Part shown: positions 1-9,029 of the stretch, one piece after another
Layout of the letters: the number at the start of each line of letters is the position of its first letter
How positions within the stretch are numbered: position 1 is the first letter of the stretch
Assembly (NCBI GenBank): GCA_963666485.2
Contig: CAXXUO010000001.1
Location: 544,001-608,000, forward strand
Length of the DNA: 64,000 nucleotides
Direction: 5' to 3'
DNA from: Syntrophorhabdaceae bacterium
Lineage (GTDB): Bacteria; Desulfobacterota; Syntrophorhabdia; Syntrophorhabdales; Syntrophorhabdaceae
Position numbers and translations under genes: made by a program
Notes under the pieces: model-generated
The model's input: the letters and a program-made list of their open reading frames with translations, nothing else
Databases searched by the model: none
Told to the model about the DNA's origin: nothing

Positions 1-223
1 TTAACTTTTTTATCTCTTTCTCCCTCTTCAGTGCATCGGACCTCGTCAGGCATGGCTCCTGGTAAACCACCCTGACCGGTCTTCGCCCCCGGGTATATTT
101 CGCGCCGGCGGACCCTTCGTTGTGTTCCCGAAGCCTTTTCTTGAGGTCCATCGTCCAGCCGCAGTACAGGGTCGTGTCGGAACACTCGAGGATATATACG
201 ATAGGGCGGGGATTCTCGTTCAT
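1..223 (-). CDS. GIY-YIG nuclease family protein (UPF0213/YhbQ-like), 3' end runs off the window
   Basis: Not in the ORF track. Manual translation from ATG at 223 gives MNENPRPIVYILECSDTTLYCGWTMDLKKRLREHNEGSAGAKYTRGRRPVRVVYQE...ALKREKEIKKL, with the VY-x-LYxG-T...RLxEHN...GAKYTRGRRP signature. Confidence 0.9.
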   Translation of the reverse strand, partial: MNENPRPIVYILECSDTTLYCGWTMDLKKRLREHNEGSAGAKYTRGRRPVRVVYQEPCLTRSDALKREKEIKKL

Positions 224-230
224 TTTACTA

Positions 231-2135
231 TCAGGGCTGTTTGCTCCCGTTCAAGCTGGCCTGAAGCTGCTCCAGTTCTTCCCAGCGCCGGTATGCCGCA
301 TCGAGCTCTTTTTCAATAGCGCTCCAGCGTTCATTTGCGGCCTTGATCGCCGGCAGGTCCCGGCCGGCATAAAAGTCAGGCGAGTTGAGTGTGTGCAGCA
401 GCCGGGCCTTCTCTTCTTCAAGCGCGTCGATCATGGAAGGCATGGATTCAAGCTCCTTTGCCTCTTTGAAAGACAGCCTTTTTTTCTCCTGGGGCCTCTT
501 TTCTTTTTTTTGCGTGCGGACGGACGGGATAACCGGGATGGATGCGGCGCTTTGCCTCAGCCAATCGTCATAACCGCCGACGTACTCTTCGATCAGCCCG
601 TTATCCTCGAATACGATTGTCGAGGTAACGACATTGTTGAGGAATTCCCTGTCGTGACTGACCATCAGGATCGTCCCGTTATACTCGAGCAGCCTTTCTT
701 CGAGCAGATCGAGCGTTTCCGCGTCGAGGTCGTTTGTCGGTTCGTCGAGGACCAGGACATTCGACGGGAGAACGAAAAGTTTCGCGAGCAGCAGGCGGTT
801 CCTTTCCCCGCCGGAGAGCGACCTGACCGGTGACATCGTACGCTCGGGCGGAAAGAGGAAATCCTGGAGATATCCAACCACGTGGCGGGACCTGCTGCCG
901 GTCACGATCATATCATTGCCGTCGGCTATGTTTTCCCTGAGGGTCCTGTCTTCATCGAGCTGTGAACGAAGCTGGTCGAAGTATGCCACCTGCATGTTTG
1001 TGCCGACCCTTACTTTTCCCTCGTGAGGCGCAAGTTCCCCGAGGAGCAACCTGAGGAGGGTTGTTTTACCGCACCCGTTCGGCCCTATGATGCCTACCCT
1101 GTCACCGCGAATGACGGTGGTAGAGAATCCCCCGATGATCTTCTTTTTCCCCCAGGCGAACGATATGCCGCTCGCGTCGACAACCATGCGGCCGGTGCGC
1201 TGTGCCTCCTCGATGGAAAATCGGCACATGCCCGTCTGCTCCTGCCGTTTGGAACGTTCCTCCCGCATACGCAGCAGCGCGCGCACCCTTCCCTCGTCGC
1301 GCGTGCGCCGGGCTTTGACCCCCTGCCTGATCCACACCTCTTCCCTGGCAAGCTTCTTGTCGAACTCGGACCACTGCTTTTCCTGTGCATCGAGAAGGGC
1401 TTGCCGCCGCTCGAGATATGTCGTGTAGCTGCAGGTATAGGACGTCAGGCATCCCCGGTCGATCTCTACGATCCGTGCCGCAAGGCGTTGAAGGAACGCC
1501 CGGTCATGAGTGACAAACATGAACGCCTTTTCATACCGGGTAAGGAATTCCTCCAGCCAGAGGATCGCGGGAATGTCGAGGTGGTTCGTGGGTTCGTCGA
1601 GCAGCAGGAGGTCGGGTTCATCGACAAGGGCCTTTGCGAGGAAGACACGGCGCTTCATGCCCGCCGAGAGACCCTGGAACAATGCGTTCTCATCAAGTGA
1701 CATGCGTTCTATAATCGTTGTGATGCGCTGGTGGTAGTGCCAGGCCCCGGACGTCTCTATCTCATGCTGCAGGTGTTCCAGCGTCTTTATCAGTGCCTCG
1801 TCCCTGCTTCGGGCAATGCGGTGAGTGAGGTCATGGTACTCCGTGAGAAGCCGGGCATGCCGCTGCCCTCCCGTAGCAACGACGTCATACACTGTGCCGG
1901 GCATGCTCTCGGGAACTTCCTGCTGAAGCATCGATACGCTCACACCGCCCCGGTCGATCGCGCCTGAATCGGGGGAGATCTGGCCCGCCAGCAGTTTCAT
2001 GAGGGTAGATTTACCCGAGCCGTTGCGCCCCAGAAGACCGATCTTCTCTCCCGGGTCGACCTGCAGCGAGATGCCGTCAAGCAGCGGTGAGCTGCCGAAG
2101 GATATCGAAACATCATGTAAGCGGATCGATCCCAT
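231..2135 (-). CDS. uup: ABC-F family ATPase, Uup-like
   Basis: Two ABC domains (GRNGSGKS, LSAGMKRR, LLLDEPTNHLD; GPNGCGKT, LSGGERNR, LDEPTNDLD), linker WIRQGVKARRTRDEGRVRAL, C-terminal coiled coil (RLSFKEAKEL...RWEELE), no TM helices. Confidence 0.92.
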   Translation of the reverse strand: MGSIRLHDVSISFGSSPLLDGISLQVDPGEKIGLLGRNGSGKSTLMKLLAGQISPDSGAIDRGGVSVSMLQQEVPESMPGTVYDVVATGGQRHARLLTEYHDLTHRIARSRDEALIKTLEHLQHEIETSGAWHYHQRITTIIERMSLDENALFQGLSAGMKRRVFLAKALVDEPDLLLLDEPTNHLDIPAILWLEEFLTRYEKAFMFVTHDRAFLQRLAARIVEIDRGCLTSYTCSYTTYLERRQALLDAQEKQWSEFDKKLAREEVWIRQGVKARRTRDEGRVRALLRMREERSKRQEQTGMCRFSIEEAQRTGRMVVDASGISFAWGKKKIIGGFSTTVIRGDRVGIIGPNGCGKTTLLRLLLGELAPHEGKVRVGTNMQVAYFDQLRSQLDEDRTLRENIADGNDMIVTGSRSRHVVGYLQDFLFPPERTMSPVRSLSGGERNRLLLAKLFVLPSNVLVLDEPTNDLDAETLDLLEERLLEYNGTILMVSHDREFLNNVVTSTIVFEDNGLIEEYVGGYDDWLRQSAASIPVIPSVRTQKKEKRPQEKKRLSFKEAKELESMPSMIDALEEEKARLLHTLNSPDFYAGRDLPAIKAANERWSAIEKELDAAYRRWEELEQLQASLNGSKQP

Positions 2136-2198
2136 AGTGTCCCGGAGGTCTCAGTATACCTTTTTTGTCATGATGGGGCGGAGAAATTCCGCCTGAGA

Positions 2199-3629
2199 TC
2201 AGTCCTGGAAACTCTGGAGGCGCTTGCGCCTTTGCGGGTGCTGCAGTTTTTTGAGGGCTTTGGCTTCGATCTGACGGATACGTTCGCGGGTCAGGCCGAA
2301 GAGGTCCCCGACTTCCTCCAGGGTATGGTCGGTTGCCTTGCCAATACCGAGCCGCATTCTGACGACCTTCTCCTCCCGCGGTGTAAGGGTTGCCAGGACC
2401 GAGTCTATTTCTGCCTTGAGAGAGATATCCATAAACTCGATAAGCGGCGAAGGTGCCCCGGTGTCTGCTATGAGGTCGCCAAGCGTTGATTCATCGTCTC
2501 CGATCGGGGTTTCGATGGATACAGGCGCTCCCGAAAGCCGCATTGTCTTCCGGATCTTTTCCACGGGAAGCCCGGTTTTGCGGGAGATCTCCTCGACATC
2601 GGGATTGTCGCCCAGTTCCTGGTAGAGTGCCGTGGCGGCTTTCTTTATCTTGTTCTTTGTTTCGAGTATGTGCACCGGTATCCTGATGGTCCGCCCGTGA
2701 TCTGCGATCGCCCGTGTTATGGATTGCCTGATCCACCATGTCGAGTATGTCGAAAACTTGTAGCCTTTTTGATGGTCATATTTTTCTGCGGCCTTCATGA
2801 GCCCCATATTGCCTTCCTGGATAAGATCCAGGAATGACAATCCGCGGTTCTGGTATCTTCGTGCCACATTGATAACCAGCCTGAGGTTTGCCTGAACGAG
2901 CTTGTTCCTGACGATCTTCAGCCCGTTGTCGATCTCGTCGAGTTCCTTGAGTTTCCGTTTTGTGCGTGCCGCTTCGCCGGCATCGTTCATCGACCGCACC
3001 TGCTGCGCTATCTTCCGGATGATCATGGTCAGGATCTTTTTGCTGAGCCCGAGGTCAAGAAGGAATGGTATCAGCTGCTCTCTTTGTTTATGAACTTTTT
3101 TTATACCCTCGATGGAATGTATCGTCTGTATTTTAAAGTTCTCCCTGTCCTGTTCCGTGCAGTTCCCGTCATCGACGTGCCTGATCACATCAATGACATT
3201 TATGCTTCCCTCTTTCAGCTGCCTGCCTATTTCCATGAGCTCATCTATGGCCTGCGGCATACTGAACAATATATTCAGTGCCTGTTTTTCCGCTTTTTCA
3301 GTTTTTTTTGCTATGCTGCGTTCCTCATCGGCTGTGAGAAGCTTGATATTTTTCAGGTCATTCAGGTACGCCCACACTATGTTGTTTGCTGTCTCTGAAT
3401 ATTCCTTTTCGTCCGGGTCTTTCACCGGCTGCGGCCGGGCAGTCCCCTGTATCGTTTCGACAAGATCGATGCCGGATTCTGTAAAATAATCGTATTCCCC
3501 ATTTTCATCGTGAGAAGAAAATTCATCCGGAGAAAAAGTTTCGGTTTCGGAGGGTCCGAACAAACCTTCTTCAACGTCCGGTTCCGTCGTATTTTTTGCC
3601 TTTATTCTGTAGTGAATTGCCATTTTCAC
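2199..3629 (-). CDS. RpoD-like sigma-70 factor (paralogue with divergent N-terminus)
   Basis: Region 2 [42 protein letters not shown]...[20 protein letters not shown]; region 4.2 [27 protein letters not shown]; region 1.2 [17 protein letters not shown]. Confidence 0.9.
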   Translation of the reverse strand: MKMAIHYRIKAKNTTEPDVEEGLFGPSETETFSPDEFSSHDENGEYDYFTESGIDLVETIQGTARPQPVKDPDEKEYSETANNIVWAYLNDLKNIKLLTADEERSIAKKTEKAEKQALNILFSMPQAIDELMEIGRQLKEGSINVIDVIRHVDDGNCTEQDRENFKIQTIHSIEGIKKVHKQREQLIPFLLDLGLSKKILTMIIRKIAQQVRSMNDAGEAARTKRKLKELDEIDNGLKIVRNKLVQANLRLVINVARRYQNRGLSFLDLIQEGNMGLMKAAEKYDHQKGYKFSTYSTWWIRQSITRAIADHGRTIRIPVHILETKNKIKKAATALYQELGDNPDVEEISRKTGLPVEKIRKTMRLSGAPVSIETPIGDDESTLGDLIADTGAPSPLIEFMDISLKAEIDSVLATLTPREEKVVRMRLGIGKATDHTLEEVGDLFGLTRERIRQIEAKALKKLQHPQRRKRLQSFQD

Positions 3630-3727
3630 CTCAAAATTTCATAATACCTTCGGTGAGGGTCTCCCCTGGTATGATCTACAGGGCTGCGGTTTGGATCGTG
3701 CGATGGCCTCTCACGCTGCGTTCATCA

Positions 3728-4072
3728 TCAATGCTCGAACACCGCTATCTCGGGAGTTTCGGCGATGGCCGGCTTGACAGGGGTTTCCAGTTTCGCCGGT
3801 TTTTTCTTTGCCACCCGTTTTCCTGAGGGCATTTTCGCTTCCATTCTCACTATCTTCACGCTGAACCCTTCGAATTGTGCCGTAAGGCGGCTTATCGCCC
3901 TGCCCTGGATATCATTGGCCACCATCGTCTTGAGAATTTCCAGCTTCTGATTGGCATCGTTCAGACAGACACGTGATTCCTTGACCGATTTATGCTCCAC
4001 AAGCACCGTGATCTGAGCGGCAAGCTTCTCAATAGCCTCTCTCGCTTTAATGAACTCTTCGATTGTCGTCAT
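3728..4072 (-). CDS. Hypothetical protein (114 aa, helical N-part, Lys/Pro-rich tail)
   Basis: ORF 3728..4138; start moved to ATG 4072 (MTTIEEF), which is preceded by AAGGAG. Confidence 0.6.
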   Translation of the reverse strand: MTTIEEFIKAREAIEKLAAQITVLVEHKSVKESRVCLNDANQKLEILKTMVANDIQGRAISRLTAQFEGFSVKIVRMEAKMPSGKRVAKKKPAKLETPVKPAIAETPEIAVFEH

Positions 4073-4231
4073 CAGCTGCTCCTTTTGTTGCTGCTTTGCC
4101 GAATGATCTCGGCGGGCGCGTGCCGGACGGGCCGCCATCCCAATGGCTGGAATACCCGGCAGGTCGCTTGTACGTAAATTAATTGCGTGTTGTCGCCGCT
4201 GTTCTTTTTAATCCTGCTGCTTTTAAGATGC

Positions 4232-4268
4232 AAAAAAATCTGTCTTTATACGATCTCGTCGACAGATT
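4232..4268 (-). terminator. Intrinsic terminator-like hairpin
   Basis: Minus strand AATCTGTC-N16-GACAGATT followed by a T run. Confidence 0.5.
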
Positions 4269-4435
4269 CCCTGAAACTGATCATATCATCGGAAGGTGAT
4301 ATTCATTGGATGCATTTGTTCTCCACAAACCTGTGAGCGATCGACACTGAAGAAAGTGTCAAAGGCAGGGTTATAGATAAGATAACACAGGAAGGAGTGA
4401 TAAAGATACGAATAAAAGGCCCCGGGCGATGTCCG

Positions 4436-5944
4436 TCACATATGGGTCGCATACGTCTTTCGGAAGTGAAATCCATAGACCATGTAGGTAATGGCCATGG
4501 GCAGAAGGAGCGGGCGCCTGAATAGTGACCAGAAGACCATTTTCCAGTAATAAAGCCTCGCCTTGTCTCTGATGCCCAGCGTCACCAGGGTCCGGAAAGG
4601 AGCATCGAGATAATAGAGATTGTAACGGACGAGCCCCAGGTGCAGGCCGCGTTTTCTCTTTTCCAGCGGCTTATACTCTTTGAGGTATGCCTTGACGCGT
4701 TCATAGTACGCCCGGGGCGAATAGATGCCGCTGAGCACCTCCCTGTAACCGGCTGCAAGCTTGTCATAACCCATCTTGGGAATGATATTCGTTGAGAAAT
4801 CGGTGTTATCACCCGTAATGTCCCGGCTGAGCCTGCCTTCCCGCTTTAATCTTTCATAAAGTTTGCTCCCGCTCGGGGCATTGAGCATGCCCACCATAGC
4901 GGTGACAATACGGCTTTCCTGTATGAAGCGTATCTGTCTTTCAAATATCTCCGGCGAATCGTTGTCGAACCCCACGATAAAGCCGCCGCGGACGCGCAAG
5001 CCGAGCTGCTGGATGCGCTTTACCCCGGCAAGCAGGTCACGGCCCCTGTTCTGAAATTTGTTGCACTCTTCAAGAGATCTATCGTCCGGGGTTTCGATGC
5101 CGACGAAGACGCCCTCAAATCCGGCCTGTATCATCTGACGTATGAGCTGTTCATCATCGGCAAGATTGATAGATGCCTCGGTCGCAAGGTCGAAGGGGTA
5201 TCTTTTTTTCTTCATCCAATCGATCATCGCAGGCAACACCCGGTCCTTGAGGGCCCTTTTGTTCCCTATAAAATTATCGTCCACGAAAAAGACGCTGCCC
5301 CTCCATCCTGCCGAGTACAGGGCATCCAGCTCGTTGATAACTTGAGCGGCGCTCTTGCTTCGGGTCTTGCGCCCGTACAGTGTCGTAATATCGCAGAATT
5401 CGCAGCTGAACGGGCAGCCGCGAGAATATTGAAGGTTCATGGAATGATATTTATTCATCCTGACAAGGCCCCAGAGCGGAACAGGTGTTTTGCCCAGGTC
5501 GGGAAACAGCCCGGACCTGTATACGTGTTTTGCTTTACCCAGGTAAAGGTCTGCAAGAAAGGGGTTCAAGGTGTGCTCAGCCTCGTTAAGCACCAGGTGG
5601 TCCACATCGGGATAATCTTCGGGAGAAGCTGTGAACAGCGGCCCCCCGGCAACGGTCTTGACCCCTGCGGCCTTACACCGGGCAACGACTTCGCGGACGG
5701 AGGCTTTTTGCACTGCCATCGCACCGATAAACACATAGTCCGCCCATACCAGGTCGCTATTCTTCAGTTTGGAAACGTTCATATCGATCAGCTTTTTGTC
5801 CCAATGGCCCGGCAGCATGGCAGCTACCGTAAGAAGGCCCAGGGGAGGGTGCACGGCCTTTTTTGATATAAATTTGAGCGCATGCTTGAAGCTCCAGAAA
5901 GTATCGGGGTATTCGGGGTATACCAGAAGGATTCTCATATTCAT
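4436..5944 (-). CDS. B12-binding radical SAM protein (DUF4070 C-terminus)
   Basis: N-terminal PPLGLLTVAAMLP...VAGGP cobalamin-binding domain; SRGCPFSCEFC (CxxxCxxC); FFVDDNFIGN. Start is probably 5944 or 5938. Confidence 0.9.
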   Translation of the reverse strand: MNMRILLVYPEYPDTFWSFKHALKFISKKAVHPPLGLLTVAAMLPGHWDKKLIDMNVSKLKNSDLVWADYVFIGAMAVQKASVREVVARCKAAGVKTVAGGPLFTASPEDYPDVDHLVLNEAEHTLNPFLADLYLGKAKHVYRSGLFPDLGKTPVPLWGLVRMNKYHSMNLQYSRGCPFSCEFCDITTLYGRKTRSKSAAQVINELDALYSAGWRGSVFFVDDNFIGNKRALKDRVLPAMIDWMKKKRYPFDLATEASINLADDEQLIRQMIQAGFEGVFVGIETPDDRSLEECNKFQNRGRDLLAGVKRIQQLGLRVRGGFIVGFDNDSPEIFERQIRFIQESRIVTAMVGMLNAPSGSKLYERLKREGRLSRDITGDNTDFSTNIIPKMGYDKLAAGYREVLSGIYSPRAYYERVKAYLKEYKPLEKRKRGLHLGLVRYNLYYLDAPFRTLVTLGIRDKARLYYWKMVFWSLFRRPLLLPMAITYMVYGFHFRKTYATHM

Positions 5945-6039
5945 TCCTTGTGCGGGGCAATGCCTCACGCGGTGAGATGTTTGGGGGGCCGGGCGAATAA
6001 TAAAGCGACTATGATGACTGAATATGGACCGTCCTATAC

Positions 6040-6074
6040 AAAAGAAAAGCAGGTCTGCAGCTATGCAGACCTGC
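6040..6074 (-). terminator. Rho-independent terminator of csp
   Basis: Perfect 11-bp stem GCAGGTCTGCA/TGCAGACCTGC (6049-6074), followed on the minus strand by TTTTCTTTT. Confidence 0.85.
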
Positions 6075-6084
6075 CCGTTGTGAC

Positions 6085-6285
6085 TTAGCTCTTCACCACG
6101 TTGGACGCGGCAGGCCCCTTCGGGCCGTTCACCACGTCAAAACTGACGGTTTCGCCCTCGGCGAGGGATTTGAAACCGCTATCCTCGATAGCGGAATAGT
6201 GGACAAAAATATCCGAACCATCATCTTTGGTAATAAAACCAAAACCCTTTGCATCGTTGAACCATTTCACTGTTCCTTTTGCCAT
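6085..6285 (-). CDS. csp: Cold-shock protein (CspA family)
   Basis: [18 protein letters not shown]...DIFVHYSAI (RNP1/RNP2); AGGAG SD; 66 aa. Confidence 0.96.
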   Translation of the reverse strand: MAKGTVKWFNDAKGFGFITKDDGSDIFVHYSAIEDSGFKSLAEGETVSFDVVNGPKGPAASNVVKS

Positions 6286-6756
6286 GTCGACAACTCCTGT
6301 TTTGTAATTTGAAGTGGGAAAATGAGTTAAGAAGAACGACAAAAAGGATATTTCTGCTGTAGCTAATAACGGATAGTCCCGGTACTTCAGGATTATAGTA
6401 TCTCACAATTATTAGGAAATTACAACGTTATATGAGAAGATCGGGTCACATTCACTGAAAATGGTCTCGGGCATCACAGGCGAAAAGACCGGAGGACCGC
6501 GGGCGCTGGCGCTTGACGGGGGTCATGCAGACTACGCGTGCGGTGAAATTATGAACACACTGACGAAAAAGATAGCGGGGTCATTTATCTATAAAAATCA
6601 CCTCAGACGGTCACCTGTTCGGACATTTTCGTCGGAGAGACTCCCGGGAAAACGACAAAAATGTCTAAACCGTGCCGGTCCGCAAATTAATCATCAATTA
6701 TTTCGATATGTTGTCTGCCTGAAATGTCGGGCATCTAAATTGCTAGATAAAACTAT

Positions 6757-7113
6757 ATGAAGATCCTTGAACCAGAAACTGCCGGGACCAGAAGCAAGAT
6801 CCGATCGATAAAACTTATTGTCGGAGCACTTGTTCTGCTCAGCCTTGGACTTGCCGGATGCGCAGTGGTGCCTGCCGCCCCTTATGATGCATATTACTAC
6901 GGGGGGCCGTACTATTCCTCCTCCTACTATTATTCGGGTTACTGGGGAGGATATCCCCATTACTATGTACCGTACCGCGGCGGTCCTCCGCCCTACGGGT
7001 ACAGAGGGGGATACGGATATGGCGGGAGCCGCTACAGTGGCGGGGGATATCGCGGCCGGAGCGGCGGATACCGCGGGGGAAGCGGGTCCCGTGGAGGCGG
7101 CGGACACAGGTAG
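6757..7113 (+). CDS. Gly/Tyr/Arg-rich lipoprotein
   Basis: Hydrophobic stretch ending in the lipobox LAGC, then Y/P-rich and GGYRG low-complexity segments. Confidence 0.7.
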   Translation: MKILEPETAGTRSKIRSIKLIVGALVLLSLGLAGCAVVPAAPYDAYYYGGPYYSSSYYYSGYWGGYPHYYVPYRGGPPPYGYRGGYGYGGSRYSGGGYRGRSGGYRGGSGSRGGGGHR

Positions 7114-7153
7114 CAGGGAGCTATACCGGGCAGCGGGCCGGCACAGGAAGCAT

Positions 7154-7702
7154 CTAGAGATAAATCGCGCTCAATGTATCGAGCAGGCGATGAAATTGTT
7201 CGTGCCTGCCGCGGCCGATCCGTTCCTCTTCGATCCTTTCAAACCCCTCGAACAATTCACTCTGCTGTTCGGCGGAGAAGGTCCTTTCGGCCACTTCCAG
7301 GATGACGCCATTCTCCTTTCCCATGTGCTCCCTCAGCAGCGAAATGTAGGCCCCGGCATTCTCCATGATGCCGGCCGATGACATTGCCTCACCCTGAAGA
7401 AACGCGGCATACGCCCGGGACATTTCCCCAAGATATCCCCTGGCCTTATCGTGGTCCGCACGCATAGCCGCAGCGGGCGCTATCGCCTCGCTGCTTGCCG
7501 CTATCATCGCAGGGAACAACAGGTCCTCTTCCTTGCCGTGATGGCACTTATCGACGAATATATTCAGGAATTCAAGGATGCCTTCACAATGTTCCCTTTC
7601 GACAGCGCCCGTCTTTTCCAGTTTTTCGCAAACCTTCTCAAGAATATTGAGCATGACCCTGATGCCCTCGTGCTCATCCTTCAGCTGCTGCGTTGCTTTC
7701 AT
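7154..7702 (-). CDS. Hemerythrin HHE cation-binding domain protein
   Basis: LKDEHEGI...CHHGKEEDLLFP...DHDKAR...LREHMGKEN; start MKATQQL after AGGAG. Confidence 0.88.
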   Translation of the reverse strand: MKATQQLKDEHEGIRVMLNILEKVCEKLEKTGAVEREHCEGILEFLNIFVDKCHHGKEEDLLFPAMIAASSEAIAPAAAMRADHDKARGYLGEMSRAYAAFLQGEAMSSAGIMENAGAYISLLREHMGKENGVILEVAERTFSAEQQSELFEGFERIEEERIGRGRHEQFHRLLDTLSAIYL

Positions 7703-7719
7703 TGTCGGTTCTCCTCCTC

Positions 7720-8388
7720 TCATACCAGCACCCATCCGGCCTTTCCTTTTTCGGCGAACCTCCTGCCCATATCGAAGGCCTTTTGACAATCCATCGGGAA
7801 AACGTCAGCACGCACCCGGGCCTTTTCCGCGGGGTCGAAACGCGGGGCATACACCCGGGAGTAATCCTCGAACTGGTATGTGTCGTAGCTGATGAGCGTT
7901 TCGGAGCTTCCGAATATGTTTGTCAGGACCATCGTGTTGAGCCCGATGTGCTGGCTGTATCCGCGCTCTTCCGCCATCTCTTTCGTGGCCCCCAGCGTAT
8001 AGATAAAACCCGTTGCGATCTTTCCCGGGAAAAGAGACCCCGGCGGATCGGTATAGGTCATGTAGGGAAAAAAGAGCCTTTCCATGAAAGACCTCATTTC
8101 GCCCGTGACGGTCCCGAAATATATCGGCGAGCCGAGGACCAGGGCATCTGCGTCCTTCACCTTGTCGAGCAGCGGCCTCAAACCGTCCTTAACGGCGCAC
8201 TGTCCATAGCTCGGGCCGTCGACGGTCTTGCACGCGAAACAGCTTATGCAGCCCTTGAACTTGAGATCGTAAAGATGAACGAGCTCGACCCCTGCTCCCC
8301 GGGAGGCGGCCCCTTCCAGGGCCTTTTCAAGGAGAGTTGCCGTATTCCATTTCTTCCTCGGGCTTCCATTTACGGCCAGCACTTTCAC
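7720..8388 (-). CDS. Iron-sulfur flavoprotein / NADPH-dependent FMN reductase family
   Basis: NGSPRKKWNT, CISCFACK...C motif, LGSPIYFGTVTG; GTG start. Confidence 0.88.
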   Translation of the reverse strand: MKVLAVNGSPRKKWNTATLLEKALEGAASRGAGVELVHLYDLKFKGCISCFACKTVDGPSYGQCAVKDGLRPLLDKVKDADALVLGSPIYFGTVTGEMRSFMERLFFPYMTYTDPPGSLFPGKIATGFIYTLGATKEMAEERGYSQHIGLNTMVLTNIFGSSETLISYDTYQFEDYSRVYAPRFDPAEKARVRADVFPMDCQKAFDMGRRFAEKGKAGWVLV

Positions 8389-8597
8389 GGACCCGGACCT
8401 CCTCGCACTTTAATGAAAAGATAATATCACTGAGAGGCACAGGGTGGCAAGATGGGCCGCTTCCTAAAATAAACAGGGAAAGAGCGGCCGGGTGCCGGGA
8501 AAGAAATAAGGATTGCAAGAAATGCCGATGTATAAGACAATGGGGGGTATACTTGTCGGAATGCGCAACACAAATCTAACTTTAAGGAGGGGGTAGT

Positions 8598-8969
8598 ATG
8601 AAAAAATTTTTCTGCGGTCTCTTCGCCTTCATTATCGGCATTGCTTTTCTCTTTGCCGGCCCGGTCATGGTAAAACCGGTGTTTGGTGCCGACGAGAAAC
8701 CGTCCGGGTCTACTGACAAGAAAAAGAAGAGCGGAAAGAAGAAAAAAGGTGACGACGCGAAAACAGGCGAGGACCAGTCCGCCGGACAGACAAAGACCGG
8801 AACGGCGACAACCCCGACCAAGACAATGACCCAGCCCGCCACCAAGACACAGGGCGCAGTCTCCTCCGGGTCACCGGCCGATGCAACAGATAAGGGTAAG
8901 ACGGAAAGCAAGAAGAAGAAGACGGGAAAGAAGAAGGGATCCGACAAGGATACCGAGCCTCCCAAATAA
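8598..8969 (+). CDS. Exported Lys-rich low-complexity protein
   Basis: AAGGAGG SD, signal-peptide-like N-terminus, two poly-Lys tracts, terminator downstream. Confidence 0.7.
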   Translation: MKKFFCGLFAFIIGIAFLFAGPVMVKPVFGADEKPSGSTDKKKKSGKKKKGDDAKTGEDQSAGQTKTGTATTPTKTMTQPATKTQGAVSSGSPADATDKGKTESKKKKTGKKKGSDKDTEPPK

Positions 8970-8982
8970 TCAGGCAATAAAG

Positions 8983-9019
8983 AAAAACCGCCGGCCTTTC
9001 GCGTGCCGGCGGTTTTTTT
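8983..9019. terminator. Bidirectional intrinsic terminator
   Basis: AAAAACCGCCGGC...GCCGGCGGTTTTTTT between convergent genes. Confidence 0.85.
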
Positions 9020-9029
9020 GTGGCGAGCC

